From positions 1-64,000 of the forward strand of contig KZ538190.1 of assembly GCA_000934665.2 (NCBI GenBank): DNA of 64,000 bases. The letters are read 5' to 3'. This document shows, piece after piece, positions 11,901 through 23,900 of the stretch; position 1 is the stretch's first letter; each line of letters opens with the position of its first letter. The notes under the pieces are model-generated. The model ran no database searches and was not told the DNA's origin. It saw only the letters and a list, made by a program, of their open reading frames with translations. This DNA is from Catajapyx aquilonaris. Its lineage: Eukaryota. Position numbers and translations under genes: made by a program.

Positions 11901-14900
11901 TCTACTGCATTGGTTTCCTCTCCAGTCCCAGGTACACCCTTCCAAAATTGCAAGTGCCCCAGCCAGCACACAGCGAATTAAAACTCACGGTGTGGTCTCC
12001 CCTAGATATAATCCCGGGCCAAAAACTGGCTGCCGGCCCTACTTTTGAAAGCATCAAATCACCGCCAGCTCAACTACAGATGACATGAGAGGACCACATG
12101 TGAGGAGAAAGAAAGAGGAAGTTTGGGACACTGGAAAGGTCAATGAGGCCACTTCCTGCACGGACGATTCTGGGGGGCTGCCCACTACTTCTTCAGGATG
12201 AAAGGGCAAAGTGAGGCTGCTCGGATCTTGGAGACAGCCCTATAATGATGCTGAATAAGTGGTGGTGTGCGTGTTTTCGGGAATAAGCGGCTTAGAAAAA
12301 GTAGCTGAGGGCCAATGCTAAATTGGGATGCCCGGTGGGATCCCAGAAAAAATGGTTTGTAAACAAGAATTCGCTCAATACCCGCTGAAACTGGAACGGA
12401 TGCCAGACGCCATGTCCTAACAACCTGATGCATCAGCAACCAACGGGGTATGAAATGGTTACCTACCTTCCAGAATTCCCAGTCAGCATCAAACATTCAA
12501 GTTTTTTCTCTCTCTCTCTCTCTCTCTCGCTCTTTGACATCGTTACATCTTGTCAGATATTGTGCTTAAATTATGTATCTCCGCTTCTCATGCGAGCGAG
12601 AGGAAAAACAAATATGCAGTTCCTCTGTTGTAGCAATTTCCCTCCCCACCTTTCAATTACTTGATTGAAGTCACGGGACAACTTTGCGTCGTCTGTTAAC
12701 TTGACATACCAAATGAGCTTCTCAAGCAGTTCTGCCAGATTTATTCCCAGGCGGTTTTAGTGGGTGTGGCCAGATTCTTTGCTCCATCCAAGACGCAATT
12801 CGTATAATATATCAACTCTGCGTAGGGTTAATGCCGCGGATTTTAATTACCGCCTCTGTGTTTCCCCAGGACGGACAGACTTTCATGCGGCGCGCTTAAT
12901 TTTGGCGCCGACTTGGTCCGGGAAACGTGAGTTAGCCCAGTGAGTATAATTAACGGGAGTTTACATTAGAAACCGCTGGGTCTCTCAGGAGAAACTAATC
13001 GGCTTGCCCCACAAGGCGACGGAGTGGACATTGGCTCAAAACTATATAGCCGTGCAAAGATAAGGTGGTAGTCTAGAGGACGGTAGGCCACTCACAGTTG
13101 ACGTTCAGGGTGACACTCGACTCCAGCTTGTGTCCCTCTGGGAGGGCCCGGTTCCACACCACGCATCGGAATTGGGCTCCGTCGTGTTGCCTCTGGGGAG
13201 TGATGGCCAGTACCGCGCTGGTAGCATTGTGTCTCGACCCTCCAGCTTTGGTCACGGAGTCTAGCGGGTATGGCAGGCCTTGTTGGTACCAGCGGACCAG
13301 CGGGTCGGGGCTACCTCCTGAGCTGGTGCAGGTCAATTCGGTCACCTGTTGGAGGGGAGCGGGCATTTTTTGTTAAATCTGTGGATGGCGCACGTGTGTA
13401 CCGGCAGGTGTGAGGCTCACCTTGCCCTCGGTGGCTGAGGGGTTGGCTGGGGAGATGATTGGTGGTCCAGGTGCTAGCAAGACCGTCAGCTGGAAGGTGC
13501 GGCTGACCAACTCGATCCCTGTCCCGCTTTCTTTTCCACGGCACTCAAACAGCCCATTGTCGCGCTCGTAGGATGCATTGACGATGTACAGGTCGTAGCG
13601 TCCCTCTCTGGGTCGGAACTCCACTCTGAAAGGATGCAAACAGCAGATCTTTATTAGTCAGCTCCATCCGCTAGTCAAACACGATCCATTTTTGGGGGGA
13701 AAACACGGGGTTCCAGGTGTCCCGACTGCCGGCTCCTCCTGACTTGAGGCCTGATCTAAAGTGACAATTTAGAAGGCGGCAGGAGGCAGGTTGGGAGCAC
13801 CTACCGCCTCCAGGGGCGTTATCATCGTCGAGATGATGAGTATAGTGGGAGGAGGACAAAGAGGAGAGCCAGCTGCAAAGCCTAAAACTCCGGGATAGTT
13901 TTAGTGAGGATAAAGTGGAAGCGGTGCATCACATCCCCCCACGCCGTCCCTACCTCCCACCTCGGCCGCCATCTAACCAAGATGGTGGTTAAGTGCTGGG
14001 GGCCGAGGCGCACCATCTGCTCCTCGGAAGAACAAAAAAAGAAGCCAGAGGCCAAGGACATGAGCCGGTGTAAGGAGGAAAGAGGAGAGAGTCCTCATCC
14101 CACCCCACCCACCCCCACCTCCTACATCCTCACTTCAAGACGTCCCTGACTGCAAGGATGAAGAAAACGGCAGATGGGCCACGCGCCTTCGCCTCTTCTT
14201 GCAAGAGATGCATAAAAGGAATGGGAGCCATCATGATCGAGAGATAGCAAGCAAGCAGCGCCGGTTTCAAACCTTGGAAGAGAGAGAGAGGGGGGGGGGG
14301 GCCTTCTCCTTATCTCACTTCTGGCTCCTTTTCTACTGGCCCCACATCTGCCCACCTCCTCCGGCTAATTACTTTGCACCCCCTCTTTCTTCTCATTGCA
14401 CCTATATACGTAAAGAGCACTTATCTCATCGTATTCTGCATGTGTCTATCTGAATTTCCAGCCTCCTTGTACCCTTTTGTGCTATCTAATCTCCGAAATG
14501 ACCAAAAGACGTGCACTTTCCCCAAGGCGGTTGGCTGCTGTGTGCAGAACCGGGGCCAAAGAATATGGGATTTCGCAGGTGGAACTGCAATGCAGTCTGA
14601 ATGTCTCCGATTCCAAATAGGAAGCGGATGGCTACCACATTCCAGCTCAGACAAGGAATATATAATGTTCTCATTAAGGCCATCTCTGTGTGCTGGATAA
14701 GTTGTTGGGATTCTGCCAGTCAGTTTCCAGCACTTTATCTTTCACTTTGCCTCTCCAAATAGCTGCGCCGCGTTATAGCCCCGTGGCATCCGAGCGGACA
14801 CTGCATAATTAATAAGTTAATGATTGTCAGTTATGCCGTTGATGCGATGCAAAACCACTGGTGGAACACACACCCCTTTCCACCCGGTCCCTCCGCACTC

Positions 14901-17900
14901 TACGCACCGGTCCTTGGAAATCAATGCCCCGTTTTTATCACGTACCGCATTTCAAATTTATTTTTCTTGCTAAAAGCTTGGAACGAGGCTAGATAATCCG
15001 GGGGGCAACCTGTTGGCCCGGGCAGCAGCCAGCCGCGTTGCCACAGCCAACCTCCAAAACTATGGCAGCACGGACGGAATAAAAAGGGCATTAGCCATAA
15101 GCCTAGGTGCAGCCTACTGATGGCCTCCATTCATCCCAAACGTGCAGCTAAAATAAGACGTAAACTTTACGAGGCATATCTTCCCGAGTTATCGCCACTG
15201 AAATGTGGACCTAATCTCAAGCCGCAATTTTCCGGGCGTGAGATGGACAAGCCTCACGTGAGATGCTCTCCGGGGACTGCATGCATGGGACACGGATTTT
15301 GCATCTGCACAGACGCTGGGGCCATCCCCCTCCCCCCTAGAAAAGTCGGTGTCAGGACCAGGTCCTCTATGCCTAGGGGCTAAGCTCGTTTTTATTTTGC
15401 TGGCCTGCTCGACCACCAGCTCTCTTCCTCCTGCATGACCTAACTGTATTATACCGTATATGCTCTCTTGCACCTATCTGGGTTGTGTGCCTGCGTAGTA
15501 TGTATACTGGTTGGCTGAGCTGTGGATGCCTGGGGGCTCCGTTTGTGGATGTCGTCTCCAGCACGTTGATGCCCGTTCCTTTGACCTCTTTTGTGCCACT
15601 AACCGACATTTGCTTCACTTGTCTCCGGTCATCCTGAACCAGCTCTTCGTTAGACTGGGCCTTTCCCTTTTCAAGTGTGTTTCGCTCATTCATTCTATGC
15701 TAATTCGATTCCATTTTCTGTTTACACTGAAACTCATCTTTTCCGCTAAGGGAGGCTCAATTAGTTCGTGTATTGTTGCCGGTTCTATCGGGGCCGAACC
15801 AAACAGGCTGAAACACACGATCGGAAGAAAGGCTCGTTATGCAAATGAGTCGCTGGCATTGTTGGAGACAAAAGTGACAATTAAAATCCGTATGCGTTAC
15901 ATAAGTATTATTCAGTTGCGCCGATACTGTTTTGCACAATGCGAATATTGATGAATAGTTTATACCTATACATTACAGTATTATAGCGCAGTCCACCGGT
16001 AGCGGATTTACACAAACCTCGACGCAGCTGCACTGTAGCTTTCTAAAAGGGTCCGGCAGCACAAGGCTATAATTTGGGGACAACACCACATACATTAGCA
16101 ATGCTTTCACATGACAAAATAATCGTCAACACACAGGGTGTGGTTCATTACTTCTGAGACCACAACAATGGAAATATCCTTCTTATTAGCCTTAATATTA
16201 CGCCTCCTACATACAAAGCAGCACTCTGTACTATTACAGGGCGCAGTTATCATCTACCGCAAAGTCCTGCCGTAGGTAAGCCTGCTTTCAGAAACAGAGA
16301 AACAGAGACAGCTTTGCAACCTTCCCTGCCGAACACATGCAGTTATATACACGCAACAATAAGCCTATAGGCCTGAACGTGCCTCTTTTCCCAACATTTT
16401 AGGATGTGGGTTGATACCCCTTGAGGACCCGCCATACATACATTTCTACCCTTGTTTCAGTGCACAACGCAATTTGGGCATGCACACAGACCGGCCAGTC
16501 AATTTATGGGAGAATGCTCGACCAGTTTTTATGCAGTCTCCAAGGGAAAAAATGAGCTCAATAGGGGCATTTTTTACGACATGGGCAGCTCTCTGGCTGG
16601 TCTCATAACAACCCTAAACAGCGGCGCATGTTGTGCTCATTTCATAATGATCCCAGCAGGCCCATGCAGGTTGACCCGCAATTGTGCAGCATTTGGCGAA
16701 GGTGAGGAGGCCCTAAGCACCTTTTGACAGGTCAGGCAAGGCCAAATCGACGCCATTTATCTGGCCAATTCTTGGAAGCCTCCGCATTGGGCCTCCAATT
16801 TTCTCCTTTTTCCCCGCTACTAATTAAAACCTTCAGCACTGCTGGAATGAGGATGGCGATTTCATTTGCGATAGGGCCAACCACCTGACAAGGCCGCAGA
16901 CGAACATTCCCCCTCGGCTGCTGCATAAGTCACCGTACTTGTGCTATACCCCCACCCCCCCCTTTCTTATATCCTTTCCGTGCCGCTTGCCACATTATTA
17001 CGCCTTTTGTTAGGCCAGGTTTTGTCTTAATCTGCAGCCCTTTTGAATGGGTTCAGTACTTCGACGTAGTAATGCATATAATACTCGGGATTCTTATTTC
17101 GGGCCTACAGTGCACCTGACATAATTGCACTCGGGCCTATATTGGCTCGTATCGGATTGCTCTGCTTCAAGGGCGTTTAATCTCTATGTGTAAGGGGGGT
17201 TTTTTGTTGTAATTTTACGCAGTGCAGTATGAGTGCTTAGTAAATACGCGGCACTATAATTATATGAGAGAATATAATGCTTTGCAGGCTATCTGCGCCC
17301 GACTGATGCAAGCAGGATGTAACTGTGTTAATACGTGTCCGCTTAATTTTATCTCTACATTATTCCAGCACGTCGGCTATAACAACATCCCCTTGGCACA
17401 AAAAAGTACAGTGTACAGTTTCAAGACAAAATCATCTGCGATAATGAGGCTTTGCAGAATCAAGTTTATATATTCGCAGTAAATATACAAGTATATTTCG
17501 GTCGTTTTCCAAGAAGAATCTAATTATGGTTGCATCAGATACTGGCATGTGGCTACAGCATACAGTATAGGCTACTTCTGTATAGCCTGTGGAGTAACTA
17601 CATAAGAGTGTTAGTTGGTAGGTTTTATTTCAAGAGGGTGTTTCAACTTTCAAAATGCTGTACTTTCCATCACACAAATGGTCTGCAGTACACTATCATC
17701 CCGTGGTTGGTGCCACTAAAAGGAGCACAAACAAAACACTCGTGTTAATTGATATGTGCTCAACTATTGTCAACTTATATATTATGCATGGCTACATCAC
17801 CTTATCAATATATTCTAGGAATTCATACCAGGCATCTTCGCTGTTGTCGTAGTTATCAACTTTTATGACTACCGGCCTAGATATGCTCAACCAAAATAAT

Positions 17901-20900
17901 ACATTCCACTAAAAACAATGTAGCAGCCTTCATTTATTTTTCGTTGTTTATAGGCATCTTAAAATAGTCCAACTATACCTTTCCATGCAGTTATTGCAGA
18001 AGCCCTAAATTACTGTATTATCTCCTAGCAGAGGTAATGTGCGCCGCACCGATCAATAGCACTACAGAACGTAATAAGAAAATGACAGCCATATTACGGG
18101 AAATTACAGGTTCTCATTACATATACTTAGCTTCATGTAGACTATTGTTAAAGAAAACGTTCATAAAATGACGTGCGAGGATATACCTATCGGCATCATG
18201 GCTGCATTCTATAGTCCATAAAATAGCAATTAAGTGCCCCAGCGGCTATATCACAACAATAAGCCGTAGGTACGCAATTCCATATTTGATGCGACAGACA
18301 TGGCCCTTTCACGCAAGCATCCACCCATCAAAATAAAATGTTCCCCTCCCACCCACCCACCCACCCCTGCTGGCTCTGACTTATTTATGTGGCGGGACGC
18401 GTGCATTAGTCCAATGCTATTCACATTAAGTTGAGTTGTATTGTTGTTGTCGACGCCTATTGTTTGTACCGGGCTTGCACTTTGACCAACCAGCATGACT
18501 AAAGCTGATGGGGTGGTGGAGGCGAGGTGGTTGAGAGAAGCCTGAAGCCCCATCATCATCCATCCCTACAGATCCAAGTGTGCGTGACCCTCCTTGACTT
18601 CCCACACTCCTACACTACCCTACTTCCAAGGGCCCACCACCACACATCCCTCCCATTCCCACATCCCTACTTCCTCTAATTACCCAGATTGAAATGATTA
18701 TTATTACCACGCTCTCATTGACCCGGGAGGACCTCTTTCAATTGCCGATGGTGTATAGCGATCCCCCTTGGCGGCCGACCCGTGCTGCTTATTATAGCTG
18801 CGTCGGCGCCTCGTCAATCATCAGCCTGGACGAATTCCGACTGCTCGACACCGAACATGCGACACATTCGTTACTCTTTCAGGCGCTGCCAAAGCTCATC
18901 TGTGTACCTGACACGGCCTTCAGCTCTTACCCCTGAATCATGCACAACAGGGCAACCAGTCCTACACCACGTCCAACTATCCAAATGCTCTAAACGCCGT
19001 TCGCAATAATGTTCCATATAATTTATCTAAGCATAGTTTCATCAAATTTGAAAGAAAATAGGAAAAAAAGAGAGAGAAATGCTTGCTCATTTTGGAGGAA
19101 ATCTGTATCGTTTTTCCAAAATATGAATCGATTTTCTTGCCATCCAAACACCTTCAAATGTGCAACCTCAGAAGCGACATATCGATAAATCGAGCAGACC
19201 TTGACTTGCGTACAGCCCAGGATAAAGTCGTGGTGATAAACCATTCGAACGAGCTCATACGCGTCGCGATTATTGCATATTGGAGAGAAATATCTCCTGT
19301 AAAAGCCCAGCTTAACAAAGCCGGTCACTTAAGTGGACATGCTCTTTTTATTCTCCCTCTACCCCCCCCCCCCCCTCCCTCCGTAGCTAGCTCTCCATCA
19401 CCTTATTCTATTCTTTCGCGCCTGCCAGTCTGAAGCTGAGCAGTCCAACTTCCCCCCTCGTAGAATTTCCGATTAGGCAGCAGGGTGGCCCATTGTCCCG
19501 ACCTCCCCTCCTCCCTCCCCTTGGCAATTTATGACGTCATAAATGCACCTTTCCCCGCCATTTTTTCGCGTGAATAAATGCATGAAGGATTAAGTGCTGT
19601 TATGGCCCCGACTCTAGCCCACCCTACCCCGCTTCCCCTCTCCCGCCACCTACATCCGAAAACTTCCCTCCGACGATAAACTCTCGTCTGTCGAATTCAA
19701 GAGTGCAGGCAGTCTTTATGGAGCGGCGACAAACTCTCCCCCCATGTCGACTTATTCCCTCCACAATCATGACGCGGATTAAACTGCGTCCGGAGTGACC
19801 GGCTGGGATTTAATTCCCCTTGTAAAATATGGGGGTGAGTCACCAAGGACGGCCATTTTTGACACGGTTGGCTCGTGTCGGTAGGGGGGTTTGCCGGAAT
19901 GGAAGTGCTGCTGACTAGGTCAAGGTGTGGGGGGGAATGTGACGTCGATACCGAACGGCGTGATGTAACTGGAAGACGAATCGCCTTCTTACAATATTTA
20001 GGAGCGTCCGAAGGAATGGCAGGCGTTGACGGTCTAGTGNNNNNNNNCCCCCCCCCCCCCCTCTAGAAGGTGTTTCCAAATATATGACGTTTGTGTATAT
20101 TTCAAGGAGACTAATCGTTTTTGAGAGAGGGTTGCTCACTAGACATCTGTCTCGAGTATTGTCCGCTATGACAGCAAAGGACATGTGGCGGAGTATTGCT
20201 TAATCGCGTTTATGCGTGTGAGTCACCATGTTCCATTTCAATCAATTCTACTACTTTCGAACTGTCACTGTCCCTAATATCATTTTTAAAGAACTATGGT
20301 AGGAGGATCTAGCCTGCGGCGTACTATTGACCTCAGGTATCACTGGCAATGTCTTAATCTCGAACAGTCATCGCAATTCAGGTCCTGCATGAATGTGTCT
20401 ACTAGCCTACAGGTCTATACTTATTCTCCGGAGGTCATAATATTGCACGCCTACACCGCCCTTTTTCATGACATAGGGAGGACGTCTATGGGGTATCAGG
20501 TACAATGGATACGATGCGATGCAATACAATAGAGTGGTTCGATATCACCTGGTATCCCCGAAAATGTCCTCCCTACGTCATAAAAAAAAGGTTGCCCTTT
20601 GCCCTATTATGACAACCAGCTGATTAACAATAAGCAATTGAGTGCAATATAGCTGACTAAAACGGACTCTCTGAATATGGGCATTTTGCAGGCACATGGT
20701 GGCTGGAATGACGCCCATGTTATTGCTTCCCCGGGCTGCATATGAAAGGCACATATCTCGACAATTTCCAGGCCCTGTAGTGTAGCAATTATTCGGGGGG
20801 AAACGCTGGCAATTTTTTTCCCCAAATGCGTCGAAATGAGGCGTTGCCTATGGAGGGAACGAAGGCCGCCACCTTTTGGTTTCCGATTGGCAGAGACGGG

Positions 20901-23900
20901 AATCAAAGGCGGAATGGCTCCATTCATGAAAAGCAAGAGGCTGGGAACTGTGTAGATTTGCAAATTGCATGAGGACTAGAGACAAAGAGGGCAAGGGAGG
21001 GGGAGGAGCACAATGCCAGTTGCACAGTTTCCATTCTGCTGTGCGGATAGCGCTGGAGAAAAGGGGAGAGCTCTTTGGCGGGGAGGGGCCGCGGTTTATT
21101 ACAATCTGGCCCCGGGGCCACGAGGGCCGCTGGAAAAGGGCACTCTGGCGGCTGCAGAAGCAGACTAATTCCACCCCGCACGCTTTTGCTGCGGTTTGAG
21201 GCTCCCGAGCAGCATCCTGGGAGCCCTACATCATTCTTACTTGCTCCACTTCACAGATAGATAGGAGCTATAGAGCCAAGCCAGCCATACAGCCAACCCG
21301 CCTATAATCCAACATCCCAATCTGCTTCTGTAGGATTTACGCCATGCCAAACGCACTCGTTAACGGTTATTGTTTACGGCACATCTCTGCAGCCGAATCT
21401 GTTCCTAAATGCACTGCGGATACTCCGACTGGAGGCCTCTTCGATTTCTATTACCTCTTCTTCTGGAATATTGACTGCTGCCAGCATTGTTCCGCAATAT
21501 TTTTAAAAAATGCTGATAGTCCTATCGGGCAGAGTGATGAGTCTGTTGACGTATAATCAGTGCAATTCTGTCGTTCCCCAAGCCGGCTGATGACTGTATC
21601 GCGGCATCAGCAGCATCATAGGCGGACCGTGACACGTCCGAGTGTCATCTGACCCGTCCACGGTGGAAAGGCAAGCGCCTGGATTTCATGTACAGACATG
21701 CGAGTGCAGCGCATGATTGGCAGTAACAAGTGGGTAATCAGCGCAATTGGGCCAGAAGAGAGGTCAAGCAAGGCAAGCGTGACCCTTTTTTTGAAATGGA
21801 ACTGGGGCTGAAGTCAGCAGAGCGGGAGAGTTATGGAGAGACTGGAGCGGATCAATTCAGAGTGCTCTCCACAAATTATAACCGGGGAAGGAATAAATAA
21901 TTCCAAGCTGATGGACCCAGACGGAAGAGCAAACACTGAGTCAATATGAAATGCCGCCAAGGAGTGTCCCCCATTCCTTCTGCATGTAATTGTGATGCAT
22001 TCCGCCCCGGGTCAGATTCGCCCCTTTTCCACCACGTCTCTTCTCTCTATGCGCCGACTCCTCCGTGTCTGGTTACATCAGTTCTTAGCCACCAACTGCC
22101 GGATTATTCCTTTCTTCAGCAGCCAGGCTTTCTTGGAAGAAAACTTTTGGATGCACATCGCTCATCAGCATGGATTTCATGCGTCCTGACCCCGTTTCAT
22201 CACACCTCATTACTGCTTGTTTCGCTACATTTCATTTTCTAAATGACAACCAAAGAGAACTGCCAGGAGCTTCGGGGCAAGCTCACAGGTCTTATACACT
22301 TAGCTATTGAATTCTGGACGCATGACGAAACAGAATGCGACTCGCCGTCAGATAATTATATGCCCCGGGCCTCCTTTGTTACAATTACTTGCTGACGTCT
22401 TTAATCAGGGTATTATACTAAACTGGTTGGCCTACGTCTGTCAACTGTGGCGGACCAGGACGTCAAACTCTTTTATTAGCCATTTACGGGCATTATCCGC
22501 AAGATATGCTTCCGTAAACACATTTCATTACGAATTAGAAATCATTTGGCCGATAAACTCGTCTAATGGCCCTGCTTGACGTAACCGCCGATTGACTTCT
22601 TGCGTGCACGTGACGTTGGCCCAGGAAATGCCGTACACAGTTACTGCTCATAAGCGACGATTAAATGAGCTGCGGTAATCTTCACGCCTACGTGAGCTGC
22701 AACATGTGCAACCATAATCCGACTCTATACGATGATGCAAATATACGGGCCGAATTTTTTCTCTCTAGCAATTTAAGCGTCAGTTTGTGCTACGTTTACC
22801 GCTAAATGACGGTTCGATCAATTGGGAGCGAATTAATCCGATGACATTATTATTGATCGCTCCTAATTTGGCTCACCTGCATTTTGATTGCGAAGTGCAT
22901 AGACATGGCCAGGCCGTCAAAAGAACAGGCGAAAGACGAATTAGCATCAGATTGACGCAATTTAGGGAGTTCTGCGTCCATCAGCGCAATGTTCTAAAGA
23001 ACGTTTACACTTCTCTGTTTATCTTGGGAAGTGTAATTTTCCATTAGTGGCTTCATAGCTGGTTAAGTGAAAAAACCAATCCCACTATGCTAATTAGCCA
23101 ACTTTATCCTTTAGGCAGCGTCCAAGGATTTAAAATGTCGTTCGAAAAGTAGAGCAGCGACGGACACTTTTTTTTCCACCCCCCTGCTTCATATAGGATA
23201 CATTTTTTTTTATTATTTTTCAGAAACGTTCAAGTCGCAAATCCAGCAAGTTCCAGTTCCAACCTTTTTTTTCTTTCAAAAAAATATTAAAACGAATTTG
23301 TAACCTGGAGATAAGCTACCTATCGATTCCTCCAAGCCCGAGTTTGAGCTGCATAGCGCGAAAGGGCTGCAATCTCACTTTACACATCGATAACTTTGGA
23401 TCCGAATGTGTTTCCCTATCGGAGCGGTAATTTTTTTTTTGCGGGCAAAAGAAGAGCAGAGCAGGATAGTGCGGTCCACCGCATTAGCAAGGACAGCAGC
23501 CGGACAGGGCCCGATATTCAATACGGTATCTCTTCCCAATTCACTCTTTTCGCTTCGGGAAACAAACTCGGCGGCCGTACTTCTATGTATTCGTAATTAA
23601 CCAAATAGGATTGTACCAATCTGTTTTTCGTTTTGAATCGGACCTCCCCCTTTCACCAATGTAGGTGGTCGACAACATATTTCATGCCAATCGCATGTGG
23701 AGAACAATGCACTTAAATCCTTTTGGTTGCACGTCAATCACGTTTTCCAATTGTGTTCACCTCAAATGCATGTTATATTCTAATAAAACTATGCAATAAC
23801 GTCCCCACTAATGAACCATAACTAAGGGCTTTACTTGCTCGCCGCAGTTTACATGTGGACTTGTTCATTTTATTTACATCACACACCAGCATCCGGGCTA

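Noticed and set aside
20536..20560. GGTTCGA B-box-like motif suggesting a tRNA or SINE
   Set aside because: No A box or cloverleaf. It lies within the fold-back element.
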